Source: Octopus sinensis (Eukaryota). From it: DNA of 22,689 nt. The notes beneath the pieces were generated by a model. That model saw only the letters and a program-made list of their open reading frames with translations, was not told where the DNA came from and made no database searches. Both the position numbers and the translations under genes were made by a program. Of the stretch, positions 10,036 to 22,134 are shown piece by piece (position 1 is the first letter of the stretch; every line of letters begins with the position of its first letter). The DNA lies in NCBI RefSeq assembly GCF_006345805.1, contig NW_021836705.1, positions 1 to 22,689 on the forward strand, in the 5' to 3' direction.

Positions 10036-11064
10036 CTTGGTCCTTTGGATATTGTATAGGATAAGTGTGAAAGATGGCAAAAGGTGTTATATTTGTAGGT
10101 GTAAATACAATGTTGTGCCCCACTGGTTAAGCCTAGTCACGTGATAGGATTCTACGTAGCTTGCCGAGTCAGTTTTCGTATTGCTGTAATACAGAGGAAG
10201 TTACCTGAGAATAAGGTTATCATTGTCAAAGGTAATTGCTGTACGATGCTGCCTGGAACTAGCGAGAGCTGAATCTCATGAAGTGTGACGGTCAAGCATC
10301 GACAGATTTTGCAATTCTGTTCGTGGATAATTTAGAAAAGCAACGGAGCATTTTAATTGCGTTCTTTGCATTTGGTGAGGAATTTGCCATGGAAGACGAA
10401 AGAATCTCGGTTGGGCAGAAGTGAATAACTTGCATATTTAATTAATTTTCTTTTTAATTTTAATTTTCTTACGTATATATGAGGGAGACAGAGAGAAGGT
10501 GACATAAGATAAACGAAGTGTCGAACGAAAACCTATTATGTTAGATAGTATTTCCAACGGCCATCGCAGGTGTTACGTTCCATCCCCACCCCACCCGCGA
10601 TTGTTGAAAATCCGCGAAGTAGAAACAGTACTGTACTGTATATTTTTTTTAATATTATTTTTATAATTTGTATATATTTATTTTGTTATAAATGCAAAAC
10701 AACACCACAGAGGAATCGACGTAAGCTTAAATAATGAATCGCGATACGGCGAGGGATTACCGTATAGGTGAATTGCGTCCTTTTGCTCTTAGTTGACTTA
10801 GCCATTTGACAAACGGGTAGCAATAAAATGAGTCCCTGGCAAAGTAACGGAGTTTCATATGATCCGCTCAAAGCCTTCTATGCCAATGTATGCTTTAGCT
10901 TCGACCGGGACTTTTTCAATCGCTTCATTCATTCAGATGTTTATATACATAAAATGGAGATTATTTATCTAAAATGGTGATGATTGTGATCGTAATCGCG
11001 ATTGTTATGGAATCATGATGATGACGATGATATCTGTGTCCTCCATTTTACTTTTCTTAATTAA

Positions 11065-11099
11065 CCCCCCCCCTTCTCTCCCTCCCTCCGCCCCCTCCC
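11065..11099 (-). other. G-quadruplex-capable tract
   Basis: Five runs of three or more C on the + strand with short loops. Confidence 0.5.
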
Positions 11100-11214
11100 T
11101 CTCTCTTAGATTTTAAATACTTACATTGAAATAATTACATCTTGCAATATCTTAAATTGGTTTCATTTTATATATTTATCATTTTGAATCATCGAGTTTT
11201 ATTTATACACCACT

Positions 11215-11223
11215 ATTATTGTC

Positions 11224-11261
<38 letters not shown>

Positions 11262-11292
11262 CTTTATCATTATCATCATCATCATCGTCATC
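11215..11292. repeat. (ATT)n/(ATC)n microsatellite
   Basis: Direct reading; source of the poly-Y/H ORF at 11142. Confidence 0.93.
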
Positions 11293-11774
11293 ATCGACTC
11301 ATCATTGTTGTTGTTGTTAATTCCATTCCATTCATTCGTTCTTCTATTGTTTGTTTGTTGACAATTACCATGAGGAAGAATGGAAGCCATTCTTGTTTCA
11401 AATTAACATTTAATCGCTTTTCTTTACCCCTCTCTCTCTCTCTCTCTCGTCATTTTAAAAGAAATAGTAATGATAATAATAATAATAATAAACAAAGTAT
11501 TTCTCAAGTCGTATACATTAATGTCGATTTATGTTTTCAAGAAATGTTGGCCTCTAAGATATGTTTTATGCAGACTTTTTTTCTTCTCCAGAAAAGAAGA
11601 GAATATGATCTGCATTAGCGTTTACACGTAAAGATATATTCGCTGTTAACGTATTGTTACTGCAAATCTGCACCTTAGAATAGATATGTGCTTACATATG
11701 CACATACTCATATGTGTGCGTGTATATGTGTATGCACATAAATACGTGTGCTTGCATGTATGCTATTATTCTTA

Positions 11775-11809
<35 letters not shown>

Positions 11810-11877
11810 GAAAAATTCTTTGAGCAATGCAGATAAGGATGTAGACAAAAGACGTAAGATGATAAACAATAGTTGAT

Positions 11878-12078
11878 CAAAGAGAAAAGGTGTTGCATTA
11901 CCTTGCATAGGTTGTTTAATGGTGCTATATTTCAGAAGAGTATCCTCTTTTCAAATAGAAGAAAGAAAAATAATTAGTATTTATTACTATTGATGACTTC
12001 TATTTGAAAAGAGAAACTTTCCCGAAATATTGAACCATTAACCAACTTATGTAAGGTAATGCAATATCTTTCTCCTTG
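11878..12078. mobile_element. Fold-back / MITE-like element with about 84-bp inverted arms
   Basis: 11878-11961 is the reverse complement of 11997-12078, with 14 differences in 84 columns. The innermost 17 bp are perfect (ctcttttcaaatagaag / cttctatttgaaaagag). Confidence 0.65.
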
Positions 12079-13158
12079 GTTCTATTCATCGACATCACCT
12101 TAAATATTTTGCCCAACCACTCACCTGCCTCATACAAAGTTACTCTTTATTTTCAAATATCAATATTTTTTACACACACTGCAATCATATTACGTAATCG
12201 ACTGGACAGTGCTGGTTGGAACGCCATGACTCTCGAAAACTTGCCTGGTCAATGAGACTTGACCGAAGATTAAAGGTCAACAAGGGACCTTATTTCTATG
12301 TGGAGGACTTAGTCTAAATATTCATACGCACATAATATGCGTACAATGTCATATATTTGCTCCTGTTTATTTCGTCTTCATATGATTCTATATATAACCG
12401 TATGTAAAATACCTAAAAAAATATATGGGAATGACCGCATATAGGCAGAGAGGGCTTATATATAGAGAAGACAACACAGACACACACACATACACACATG
12501 AGAGAGAGAGAGAGAGAAAGAGAGAACTGTTATGATTTGCTTGGAATGGGAGGTGTAGTATGGGAGCATGAACGTTGTGTGTGTGTGTATAATAGGATGA
12601 ATGCAATGGTAATATATATATGTATGTATGTATATGTGTATATGTATATGGGTAAACATGTAAAAGTATGTATGTAGATGTATGTTTATATATACATATA
12701 TATATATACACATACATGCATGCATACATACGAATTTGCGTAAGTATATGTGTATATTGTGTGTGCGCGCGCGCGTTTGACAGCTGCTTCAAACTGACCT
12801 TTTGGTGCAATTTCATGTATGTCAAGAGAAGACAAAAAATGTATTCCTTTTCTTTATATATTTCTTCATACTCTAGAAACTGCTTTTCGTTCTGTTTCAC
12901 ATACATATATATGTACACACACACACACACACACACATATATATTTCCTCAGGCTGCTAACATGGATTCTGTTTCTTTTTTACTCCACTCATGTCGTTCT
13001 TTTAGTTTTGTTAAATATTTGGGCAGAACTTGCTCTGAACTCATCTAAAATCTATTTAAAAGATCATTATCAATATATTATACGCTAAAATATCGCTGCA
13101 AGCTCGCCATTTTGATTGTGTCTCTCTCGTCTTTATCCTTAGCTTTTTCTTCCATCAG

Positions 13159-13164
13159 CATGGG
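13159..13164 (+). CDS. Candidate 6-nt microexon (CATGGG)
   Basis: Pyrimidine tract of about 35 nt ending ttccatcag, then CATGGG, then GTAAGC donor; frame-preserving length. Confidence 0.35.
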
Positions 13165-13255
13165 GTAAGCAGTTTTAGCTTCAGTTAGCTTTCTCATGCA
13201 CTCTCTTCATAAAAGCTTCTTTTATTAACCTCACAAAACGCCTATATGTATATAT

Positions 13256-13396
13256 GTATGAATTATTTTTATTCTTATTGTTGTTGTTATTATTATTATT
13301 ATCATTATTATTATTATTATTGCTATTATTATTATTATTATTATTATTGCTATTATTATTATTGTTATTATTATTATTATTACTATTATTATTATC
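13256..13396. repeat. Degenerate (ATT)n microsatellite; the complementary (AAT)n lies at 13515-13553
   Basis: Direct reading. Confidence 0.95.
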
Positions 13397-13929
13397 AGAA
13401 ATGCCTCTATATCATACATACCATTTACTTCTATTGAAGTGTAATTGCTCAAGCTGGTATTTATCATTTCTGTGTATTTACACTGAATATTTTCATTCTC
13501 AAACACATCACTGCAATAATAATAATAATAATAATAATAGTAATAGTAATAATATGTCCATTCATATTTATTCGCCGTAGTTGTCAATATGTACCTTATT
13601 ATCAGCTTTTCAAAGCATGTTTCATAATATGCAAAATTGTAACCCACAACCAGCGAAGTTTGGGTGATTTTTTTTTTATTTAAGACGATTCCGCATTGTA
13701 AATAGATATTAGATTTAAATCTGTACTATTTACTCCTATATGTTTCTACAATACTATGTAACAATACTATCTATTACTATAGTGTAGTATGTTAATACAT
13801 GCTAACATATATGATTTTACTATCTGCCTTATAGGATAGTCGGGTGGGAATGTGTCATGGTCGAGTTGATGCTGTTGTTAAGCCCGAAGCTAATTCTCAT
13901 AGAACGAACGTATGATCAAGGGTTTTAAG

Positions 13930-13931
<2 letters not shown>

Positions 13932-13982
<51 letters not shown>

Positions 13983-14031
13983 GTTTATGTGTGTGTATTT
14001 GTGTATGTGTGTGCGTGTGTGTATGCGTATG
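13932..14031. repeat. (CA)n immediately followed by a degenerate (TG)n
   Basis: Direct reading. Confidence 0.9.
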
Positions 14032-14119
14032 TGTACTTCTGGGCAAAATATGTACTACGAGGAATAGAAACGGATGTAAGACTGAGAGTTTTTACGGAGA
14101 GTCTTATATGGTGATCACA

Positions 14120-14243
14120 AACACACACAGACACACACACACACACACACACACACTCACTCACTCACTCACTCACTCACTCACTCACTCACTCACTCAC
14201 TCACTCACTCACTCACTCACGCACGCACGCACGCAAACACACA
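14120..14243. repeat. Graded microsatellite (CA)n-(CTCA)n-(CGCA)n
   Basis: Direct reading. Confidence 0.95.
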
Positions 14244-14343
14244 TTCAAATAGATTCGTGCATAGTAACGCACTTATACGTATGTTTGTTCGACGAACGAC
14301 AGTGTCAGCTTGCTAAATCTCATCAATCAGTCATTGTTCCCAG

Positions 14344-14415
14344 AAGTCCGTGCGAGACTAAAGACAAAAGAACGCCCCTCAAGGAGCGTATATTACTCCA
14401 CAAATATACAAACCG
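14344..14415 (+). CDS. Weak candidate 72-nt exon
   Basis: tcattgttcccag acceptor and CCG|GTAATT donor; open in phase 1 (VRARLKTKERPSRSVYYSTNIQT) and phase 2. Donor lacks +5 G. Confidence 0.12.
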
Positions 14416-14918
14416 GTAATTATCGTATCAGGTCAAGACATGGATCAGTGACGACGGCGATATCAAATATAAAGAACCGAGTCGAACTTGGTATTGTCAA
14501 CGTCGACAACTAGTTTAACGATGTCATATTTTGTCTGTAGAAATACATCGACACACACACGTGCGTACATCCTTTCCAACTCGGCTATTTTCTCTCCTTC
14601 GTTGATTTTTCACAATAAGATACTATTAAACTTCTATTTGATACTTGTGCGCACGCACACACCACATGCAACGCATTGCATGCGACGCACCCAGCCAAGC
14701 CATGCACACAACGCACACATGCTACTCATACACACACACACGCATATATACAGAGGCACCATACGCATATAATGCACACACACACACACACCACACACAC
14801 ACACGCACACATCCTCTTAGACTGACACAGGTTTTGGCGAACGAGGATATTAATGACGAGCACAAAATTAAGAGAAAAAGTAGATGACGTGGTTCGGATT
14901 GAGAAATCGCCATTGACC

Positions 14919-14935
14919 CCTCTCACTCTCTCTGA

Positions 14936-14973
<38 letters not shown>

Positions 14974-15130
14974 CTCTTTCTCTCTCTCTCACTCTCTGCC
15001 TCTCTTTCTCCCGCTCTCTCTGCCTCTTTTTCTCTCTTACTCTCTCTGCCCCTCTCTCTCTTTCACTTTCTCTGCCTTTCTCTCTCTCTCACTCTTTCTG
15101 CCTCTCTTTCTCTCTCTCACTCACTCTTTC
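14919..15130. repeat. Degenerate (CT)n polypyrimidine tract
   Basis: About 210 bp, almost entirely C/T. Confidence 0.93.
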
Positions 15131-15207
15131 ACACATACACACACATCCCTTTATGCGCGTGTGATTGTTTCGTATGTGTGTGCGAGTATATGTATATATA
15201 TATATAT

Positions 15208-15289
15208 GTATGTGTGTATGTTTTATATGTATATACACATAATGTGTGTGTATGTGTGTATGTTTTATATGTATATACACATAATGTGT
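15208..15289. repeat. 42-bp tandem duplication
   Basis: 'gtatgtgtgtatgttttatatgtatatacacataatgtgt' occurs twice. Confidence 0.9.
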
Positions 15290-16381
15290 ATGTATATGTG
15301 TGTGTGCCTATTTACACTAGTGCGACGTCCACAATCGACTAAAATATCGGTGAGAGGTTTTGGGCCGCCCCATCTCTGTATTGTTTTTAATCATTTCTCC
15401 TTTCTCTAATTTTTTTTATTTAAAATGCCACCTGTGTCTGCTCCACCCAGTGTTGATAAATAAAATACCAGTAATACGCGTATTTAATTGATTTAATCAA
15501 CCCTATATCCTTTCTTTCAACAATTGTCCGTCTGGCTTCTAAGAAAGCAATTCGCATTTACTCTCCGCCTTTCTCCATATTTCGTTCTTCATGTTTACTT
15601 TCCTTTCAGTGCAATATTCCAAGTGTGTGTGTGTGTGTTTAAAAACTATAGGCTTGAGTTATTTCACTCAATAGGCTCTGTTCACGGCAGTTTACCTTCA
15701 TCTCATCGGTAGACAAGTAAAAAGATGAAAGCTGTGAAGTAATATTAGGCGAAAAATATGATTTTGAGTTGTTTTTCTCATCTGCACGCTTCGCTACCTC
15801 ATCCATTGGCCTCTACTAACTTCTCTGATTATTTGATAGCAAAAATATGAATGATGGGAGGCGAAGGAAAAAGAAGAAGTAGAGTAATCGAAACTCTAAT
15901 ATCGCCAGAACCTTTGTGGAGATGAATTGTGAAAGGAGATAAAACAGAAGACCAACAAAAGAGAATAAGAAAGCTTTCATCCGTTACCGCCATCTGAAGA
16001 ACCAGTTAATTCCCCCCGAAAGCTAGCTTCTAATTCAACTCAACCTGGCTTTAACTATTACTGTTTAGAAACCTTACTCGTGACCTTCACCTTCGAACTT
16101 TTACTCTACTCATTTCTGTGTGTGCGTGTGTGTGTATCATTATCGATTATCATGTTGTAGAACCGAATTCCATTGATTTGCTTTGTGTTATCTGCCGAAT
16201 CTTGCCTCAATGATCTGTCAATTAACTGATATAATTGAGTGCGACTTCTCGGATTTCTTGTTTTATTAGGTAGAAAAACTGACAACAGAAAGACACTTAA
16301 TATAAACACACACATATGTATACATACATATATGCGTGTATTCGTAATGTGAGTATGTATATGCATGCGTGTATGTATGTG

Positions 16382-16618
16382 GGCACAGGAGTGGCTTTGT
16401 GGTAAGTAGCTTGCTTACCAACCACATGGTTCCGGGTTCAGACCCACAACGTGGAACCTTGGGTAAGTGTCTTCTACTATAGCCCCGGGTCAACCAAAAC
16501 CTTGTGAGTGGATTTGGTAGACGGAAACTGAAAGAAGCCCGTCGTATATGTGTATGTATATATATATATATATATATATATTGTATATATATATGTCTAT
16601 ATATATATATATATATTA

Positions 16619-16674
<56 letters not shown>

Positions 16675-16714
16675 GTGTGTGTGCGTGTTTATGTGTCTGT
16701 CCCCCCAGCATCGT
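16382..16714 (+). mobile_element. CORE-type tRNA SINE (OR2-like) with internal (AT)n expansion, 3'-truncated
   Basis: A-box-like gtggctttgtggtaag, B-box-like gggttcagaccc, and 'gtggaaccttgggtaagtgtcttct' resembling the MIR/CORE domain. Unique part ends at 16546; 'tgtctgtccccccagcatcg' (about 16693-16714) matches my recollection of the start of the 3' half. Confidence 0.8.
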
Positions 16715-16715
16715 A

Positions 16716-16755
<40 letters not shown>

Positions 16756-16821
16756 TGTGTCTCTGTGTGTGTATAAATATATTCAAGTGGCTTGATAAAT
16801 AGTCTTTTATTACTCAGATAA

Positions 16822-17217
16822 TATTCTTTTCTACTCTATGTACAAGGCCCGAAACTTTTGGGGGAGGGGCCAGTCGATTAGATCGACCCCAGTACGCAAA
16901 TGATACTTAATTTATCGACCCCGAAAGGGTGGAGGGCAAAGTCGACCTCGGCGAAATTTGAACTCAGAACGTAAAGACAGACGAAATACCTATTTCATTA
17001 TTGCCCACAAGGGGCTAAACATAGAGGGGACAAACAACGACAGACAAAGGGATTAAGTCGATTATATCGACCTCAGTGCGTAAGTGGTACATTATTTATC
17101 GACCCCGAAAGGATGAAAGGCAAAGTCGACCTCGGCGGAATTTGAACTCAGAACGCAACGGCAGACGAAATACCGCTAAGCACTTCGCCCGGAGTGTTAA
17201 CCTTTGTGCCAGCTCGC
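16822..17217 (-). mobile_element. Dimeric SINE: full tail-B monomer (17217-16991) fused to a 5'-truncated tail-A monomer (16990-16822)
   Basis: Two consecutive cores; the halves match the in-window monomers at 2555 and 9814; junction gaaatacc|tatttc. Confidence 0.9.
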
Positions 17218-17456
17218 TTCCTTTTATCTATATAATATTGTGTGTGTGTGTGTGTGTGTGTGTATTCCTGTATTCCCACGGAGATTGTATGAAACGGTGA
17301 CGTTAATTAACAATTTAAATTACACTTAACACTTCCAGACAAAATCGATTCGCTTTTTAACAAAAAAAAGTCACATAAAATGAAAGTAAAACAAATAAAT
17401 TGATCAGAAAATAGTTCCAAGATGATGGCATCTAGTTACAGAGTGTCTGAAGAACC

Positions 17457-17459
17457 ACA

Positions 17460-17495
<36 letters not shown>

Positions 17496-17580
17496 CACCA
17501 CACACACATACACACTCACACACACAAACACACTCACACACACACACACACTCACACACTCACACACACAACTCACAAAC
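17457..17580. repeat. Degenerate (CA)n
   Basis: Direct reading. Confidence 0.93.
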
Positions 17581-18381
17581 AGAACCACATACTGGAAAAC
17601 TGGTAATCGGACGGTTGGTTGGATTAATGGCTAAGTCCGAAGAAGAGCATTCAAACAGAATTGGTTGAGATGGACAACTAGTCACCAGGGCGAAGGAATT
17701 GTTACAAGATTGGTATTGAAACCTGTCCACATATTGATGAAATTTGTAGGTTTTAAGTAATTTTTAAAGGTACTCAAACAGCGTGTTACTTGCCGGAGTA
17801 AAATGAAGAGCAACGGGAATTCTTTAGAAAACATCATTGTGAAGTGTATTCTAAGAATGCTCAGTATATTTATCATTCCATGGAACATTTAGGAATAGAT
17901 GACAGTGCTGTTGACGAATGTCTAGTAGCCGATGACAATAAGAAAACATAGAACTACCTTGATGGGGTAAGAGAGATTACTAGCAAAGCTAGGGTTACAA
18001 GCAGTCTAGTTGATAAAGTTACCAAAACGGAAATGAATGGATACTTATATAAAAATATAGGCATAGTGTGAGCATGTTGCCACCTATGCGAGAGAGAGAG
18101 AGAGAGAGAGAGTGTTTGTGTGTGTGTGTGTGTATAGTTGGTGATTGTCGAAAGAACTCTCAGTTTATCAGCTTACGTCTTCAGTTTCTACAAATGTTCA
18201 AGTCATATGGCATGTAGTCTACTGGGAATCTTTACGTGGTGGGAGAGTGTCTCTGCGGAGGATCTTGAAGAGAAGAGGAGAAAGGGGGAGAGAGATGGAA
18301 ACGTATACGAGTTCTGCTTACATCGACACAAAATGGCTGATGTACCTTTCGTAAAATATTTATTATTGTAAACGTAACGGG

Positions 18382-18441
18382 GGTTTCCTATTGCAGACTC
18401 TGTATTAGTTAGTGTAACAGAGTCTGCACATGTCGGCAACC
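18382..18441 (+). ncRNA. Pre-miRNA-sized hairpin candidate
   Basis: Perfect 12-bp stem tgcagactctgt / acagagtctgca with a 13-nt loop, extendable to about 22 bp with bulges. No known miRNA recognised. Confidence 0.2.
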
Positions 18442-18774
18442 ATGTTTCATCGTTCGTCCTCCTTCAATAGCTAAACTTTATCAGCCAAATTTCTGCTTAT
18501 TTACTTTGCTATACTCTGATACCATCTTTTCACTAATTTCATTTTCTGTCTTATAATTTACTTTACGGTAATTTCTTTTTTTTTATTTCATTTATCTCAT
18601 GTATATTATTTTTGTTTTCTTTTCTTTCAATCCTAATCTATTTTGAACACCATCGCAGCCATGTGCACCAATTTCATATCAAGGAAAACCAGAAGATATT
18701 TCCAGCATTATACAAATACTTATGCACAAATGTTGTGTGTGTATATATATGATACACACACACACACACACACA

Positions 18775-18882
18775 TATTATATATATATAATATATATTTT
18801 ATATAGGTTATTTATTTATATATATATAGTTTATATTTATATAGGTTTATATATTATATATATAGGTTTATATAATATATAA

Positions 18883-18914
<32 letters not shown>

Positions 18915-18969
18915 GGTTTTATATATATATATATTATATATATTATATTATATATAATATATATATAGG

Positions 18970-19052
<83 letters not shown>

Positions 19053-19552
19053 TTTATATATATATATATATATATATATAGGTTTATATATATATATATA
19101 TATTATATATATATATATATAGGTTTATATATTATATATATATATATAGTTTATCTTATATATATATATTATATATATATATATATAATATATATATATA
19201 TATATCTATATATATATATATATAGGTTTATATATATATATATATTATAATCTATATATTTTATATATATATATATATGTGTTATATATATATTATATAT
19301 AGATATATATATATATATATAGATATATATAGGTATATATATATATATATAGGTTTTTATATAATACGATATATATATATATATAATATTTATATAATAT
19401 ATATAATATGTTATATATATATATATTTACATATAGATCATATATATATATATGTATAGGTTTATATATATATATACTGTATTTTATATGATATATGATA
19501 TATATATATAGAACATTTTATATATATATATATAGATAATATGTATTTATAT

Positions 19553-19589
<37 letters not shown>

Positions 19590-19880
19590 TATATATATAT
19601 ATATATACTATATAGTTTTTATATATATATAATCTATATATGTATAGGTTTATATATATATACATACAGTGTTATATATATATATATCGTATATATATAT
19701 CTGATATATATATAGGTATATATTTAATATATATATATATTGATAGGTTTAATATATTATCAGTTTATATATATATGTATATATATATGTATCCATGTTA
19801 TATATATAGTATATATTTACATTATCCAATGTGTGATACAGGTTATATTAGTATACATAATATAGTGTACGTTATGTAGT
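18775..19880. repeat. About 1.1-kb (AT)n satellite punctuated by roughly 20 AGGTTT/AGTTT cores
   Basis: Direct reading; the array degrades toward the 3' end. Confidence 0.95.
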
Positions 19881-21037
19881 TGGCATATATATGTATTACG
19901 TGTATATGTATGTATGTATGTGTATATATGATGCGTGTATGTATCAGACCTGTCGCGGTATGAAATCTTTAGCATGAATATATTGAGGAATGCACGTCTC
20001 TAAGCGAACATCTGCAAATACATATCTTGCGTGGGATTTGTGTGTGTTTGTGAGAGTGCCTGTGTGCGAGTGTATGTCCGTGTGTATGTGAGGCAGTATA
20101 TATTCAATGCCTGTTAGCGTTTCACTTGGACATGTTTGTTCAAAAGTTGCCCAGGACAACAAACAGATAATTAACGATGATTACATCGACATGCGGCAGT
20201 TGCCTCGTGAGACATGCTAATGTTTCAGACTTTTTGATTGTTTTTCTTTAATCTTTTTGTTTCTTTGACTGTTTGGGTATTTGTGAGGAATTGGAACTGG
20301 CGCGGGAGGGGCAGAAAGCACGTCACCAACTCGATTTGCTAGGAAATTATATCTACTCTACGGCCCTTAGCCGCCACCGCACCGCCATCATCATTCTCTC
20401 GTTAAAAGAACATCTATCTTTTTGTGTGTATAAGTATGTCTACTGTTCACTGCCCACGCATCTTTGTTATATCCCCTCGATTACACACCCCACACACACA
20501 CACAGGACACACGCGCATATGTATGTACGTGTGTACGTTGCACACTTCTCTCTGCCGACATCAATAACACTTCAAAGCTGGAGTAGAACTTATGAATTAG
20601 AGACACAAATGTATTGTTTATAACTTTCACAGCCAGAATCTTCCCACAATCACATGGCCGCTTTGTACAGAAATATTATTATCATCATTCCTCCCACTCA
20701 GTCCCTCCCCTTCTCTCTCTGTCTCTGCCACTCATTTTTTCTTTCATTGTTAAAGCCTCTTCTTTCTCTTTATCCTTGTTCCGTCTAGATCTGTCTGTCT
20801 GTCCGTCTTTCTGTCTGCCTGTCTGCAGTCTGCAGCACCTCCTCCCTCGCCCTTCACCCATCCGTTTTGTTTTGTATCCACTTTCACTATCTTAATATGT
20901 ATACATACACACGCACTCACACACACACCACACACAGACGACCATCCATAGACGCATACATACAGACATATGCATGTAATACATATAGATGTATTTATGT
21001 ATTTATGTAATGCGTTTGAATTATATAATATATTATA

Positions 21038-21088
<51 letters not shown>

Positions 21089-21384
21089 TGAGAGAGAGAG
21101 AGAGAGCGTAGTGCATACTCACAGCTAAGTACTTGTGTGTGTGTGTGTGAACATTTATATGTATGTATGTATGCATGTTTGTGTGTATTTATGTATGCGT
21201 TTGTGTGTATGTGTGTATTTATGTATATGAAGCTATGCGCGTGAGAGACAGAGGGAGAGTCGGAGACCCAGAGAGAGATGAATGCTTCCATATGCGCTTA
21301 CATAGATTCTAAAATAAACAAATAAATGCTTAAAGAAAGGAAAGGAAAAAAGAAGGGACAGACCAAAATAGTATAATCACATTT

Positions 21385-21447
21385 GAAGTATTTCAGATGT
21401 TCGTTTATACATACATCCCTCTGGAACGAACATTCTGGAAGAACTTT
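21385..21447 (+). ncRNA. Hairpin candidate, about 20-bp imperfect stem, 19-nt loop
   Basis: gaagt-a-tttcaga-tgttcgtt pairs with aacgaaca-t-tctggaa-ga-acttt. Confidence 0.12.
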
Positions 21448-22134
21448 TTCCTTGCACAATAAATAACTTTTCTATGTATTACTCTGTGTATATGTGTGAC
21501 TATTTGTATCTGTATGTGTGTGTACGTATTTCTGTGTATTTGTGTGTCTATTCTTATTTGTATATATGTGTGTATATGTTAGCAGTGTGTGTTGGCATTG
21601 ATGATGAATGGTAAAACTGTTGTTGTTACAAGTGGCAACCATTGAAATATTGCTAAAAATGACGTCCTTGTCAACCAATGTTCCACCATTTTGTTTTTCC
21701 TCACTTCTTCCTCAATCTTATAATTTTTATTTTTGTGTTTTTCTTGCCTTCCTTTCCCCCACTCCCCCCAGTTTCTCATTTTTTATAATCTTAAAAAATT
21801 TATTTACGAATGTTCTATTTTTTTTTGTTCGTGTTCTTTAATCTGACTGCCATGCGTTGTTCTTGTTTCTGCTATTACCTTTTATAGGCATTTGTTTATC
21901 CCTCGATTACACACACAAACACATGACGAATTAACCAGAGTCAGAGTAAACAAAGAAAAAAAAAACAAAGACAAAATAAGAAATGTTAAAAGGGCAATAA
22001 ATAAAATTATATAAGTTCGATATTTTTCTAGGTAAACTTTTTTCGCGTATTTATTCAGAAACCGTACGGATATGTACGTGTATAGCCTCGACATTCAGGA
22101 TCTACAGCGAATTTTTTCACAGTCAATAATTGTG

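Noticed and set aside
12119-12180. Strong minus-strand donor CAG|GTGAGT
   Set aside because: The exon from the nearest acceptor has stops in all three frames.
12047-12198. D-box/PAR-bZIP words TTATGTAA and ATTACGTAAT
   Set aside because: Short AT-rich motifs; one lies inside the fold-back arm; no other support.
17640-18070. Complex purine-rich segment, possible decayed transposon coding sequence
   Set aside because: No RT, transposase or other motif recognised in the frames I read.
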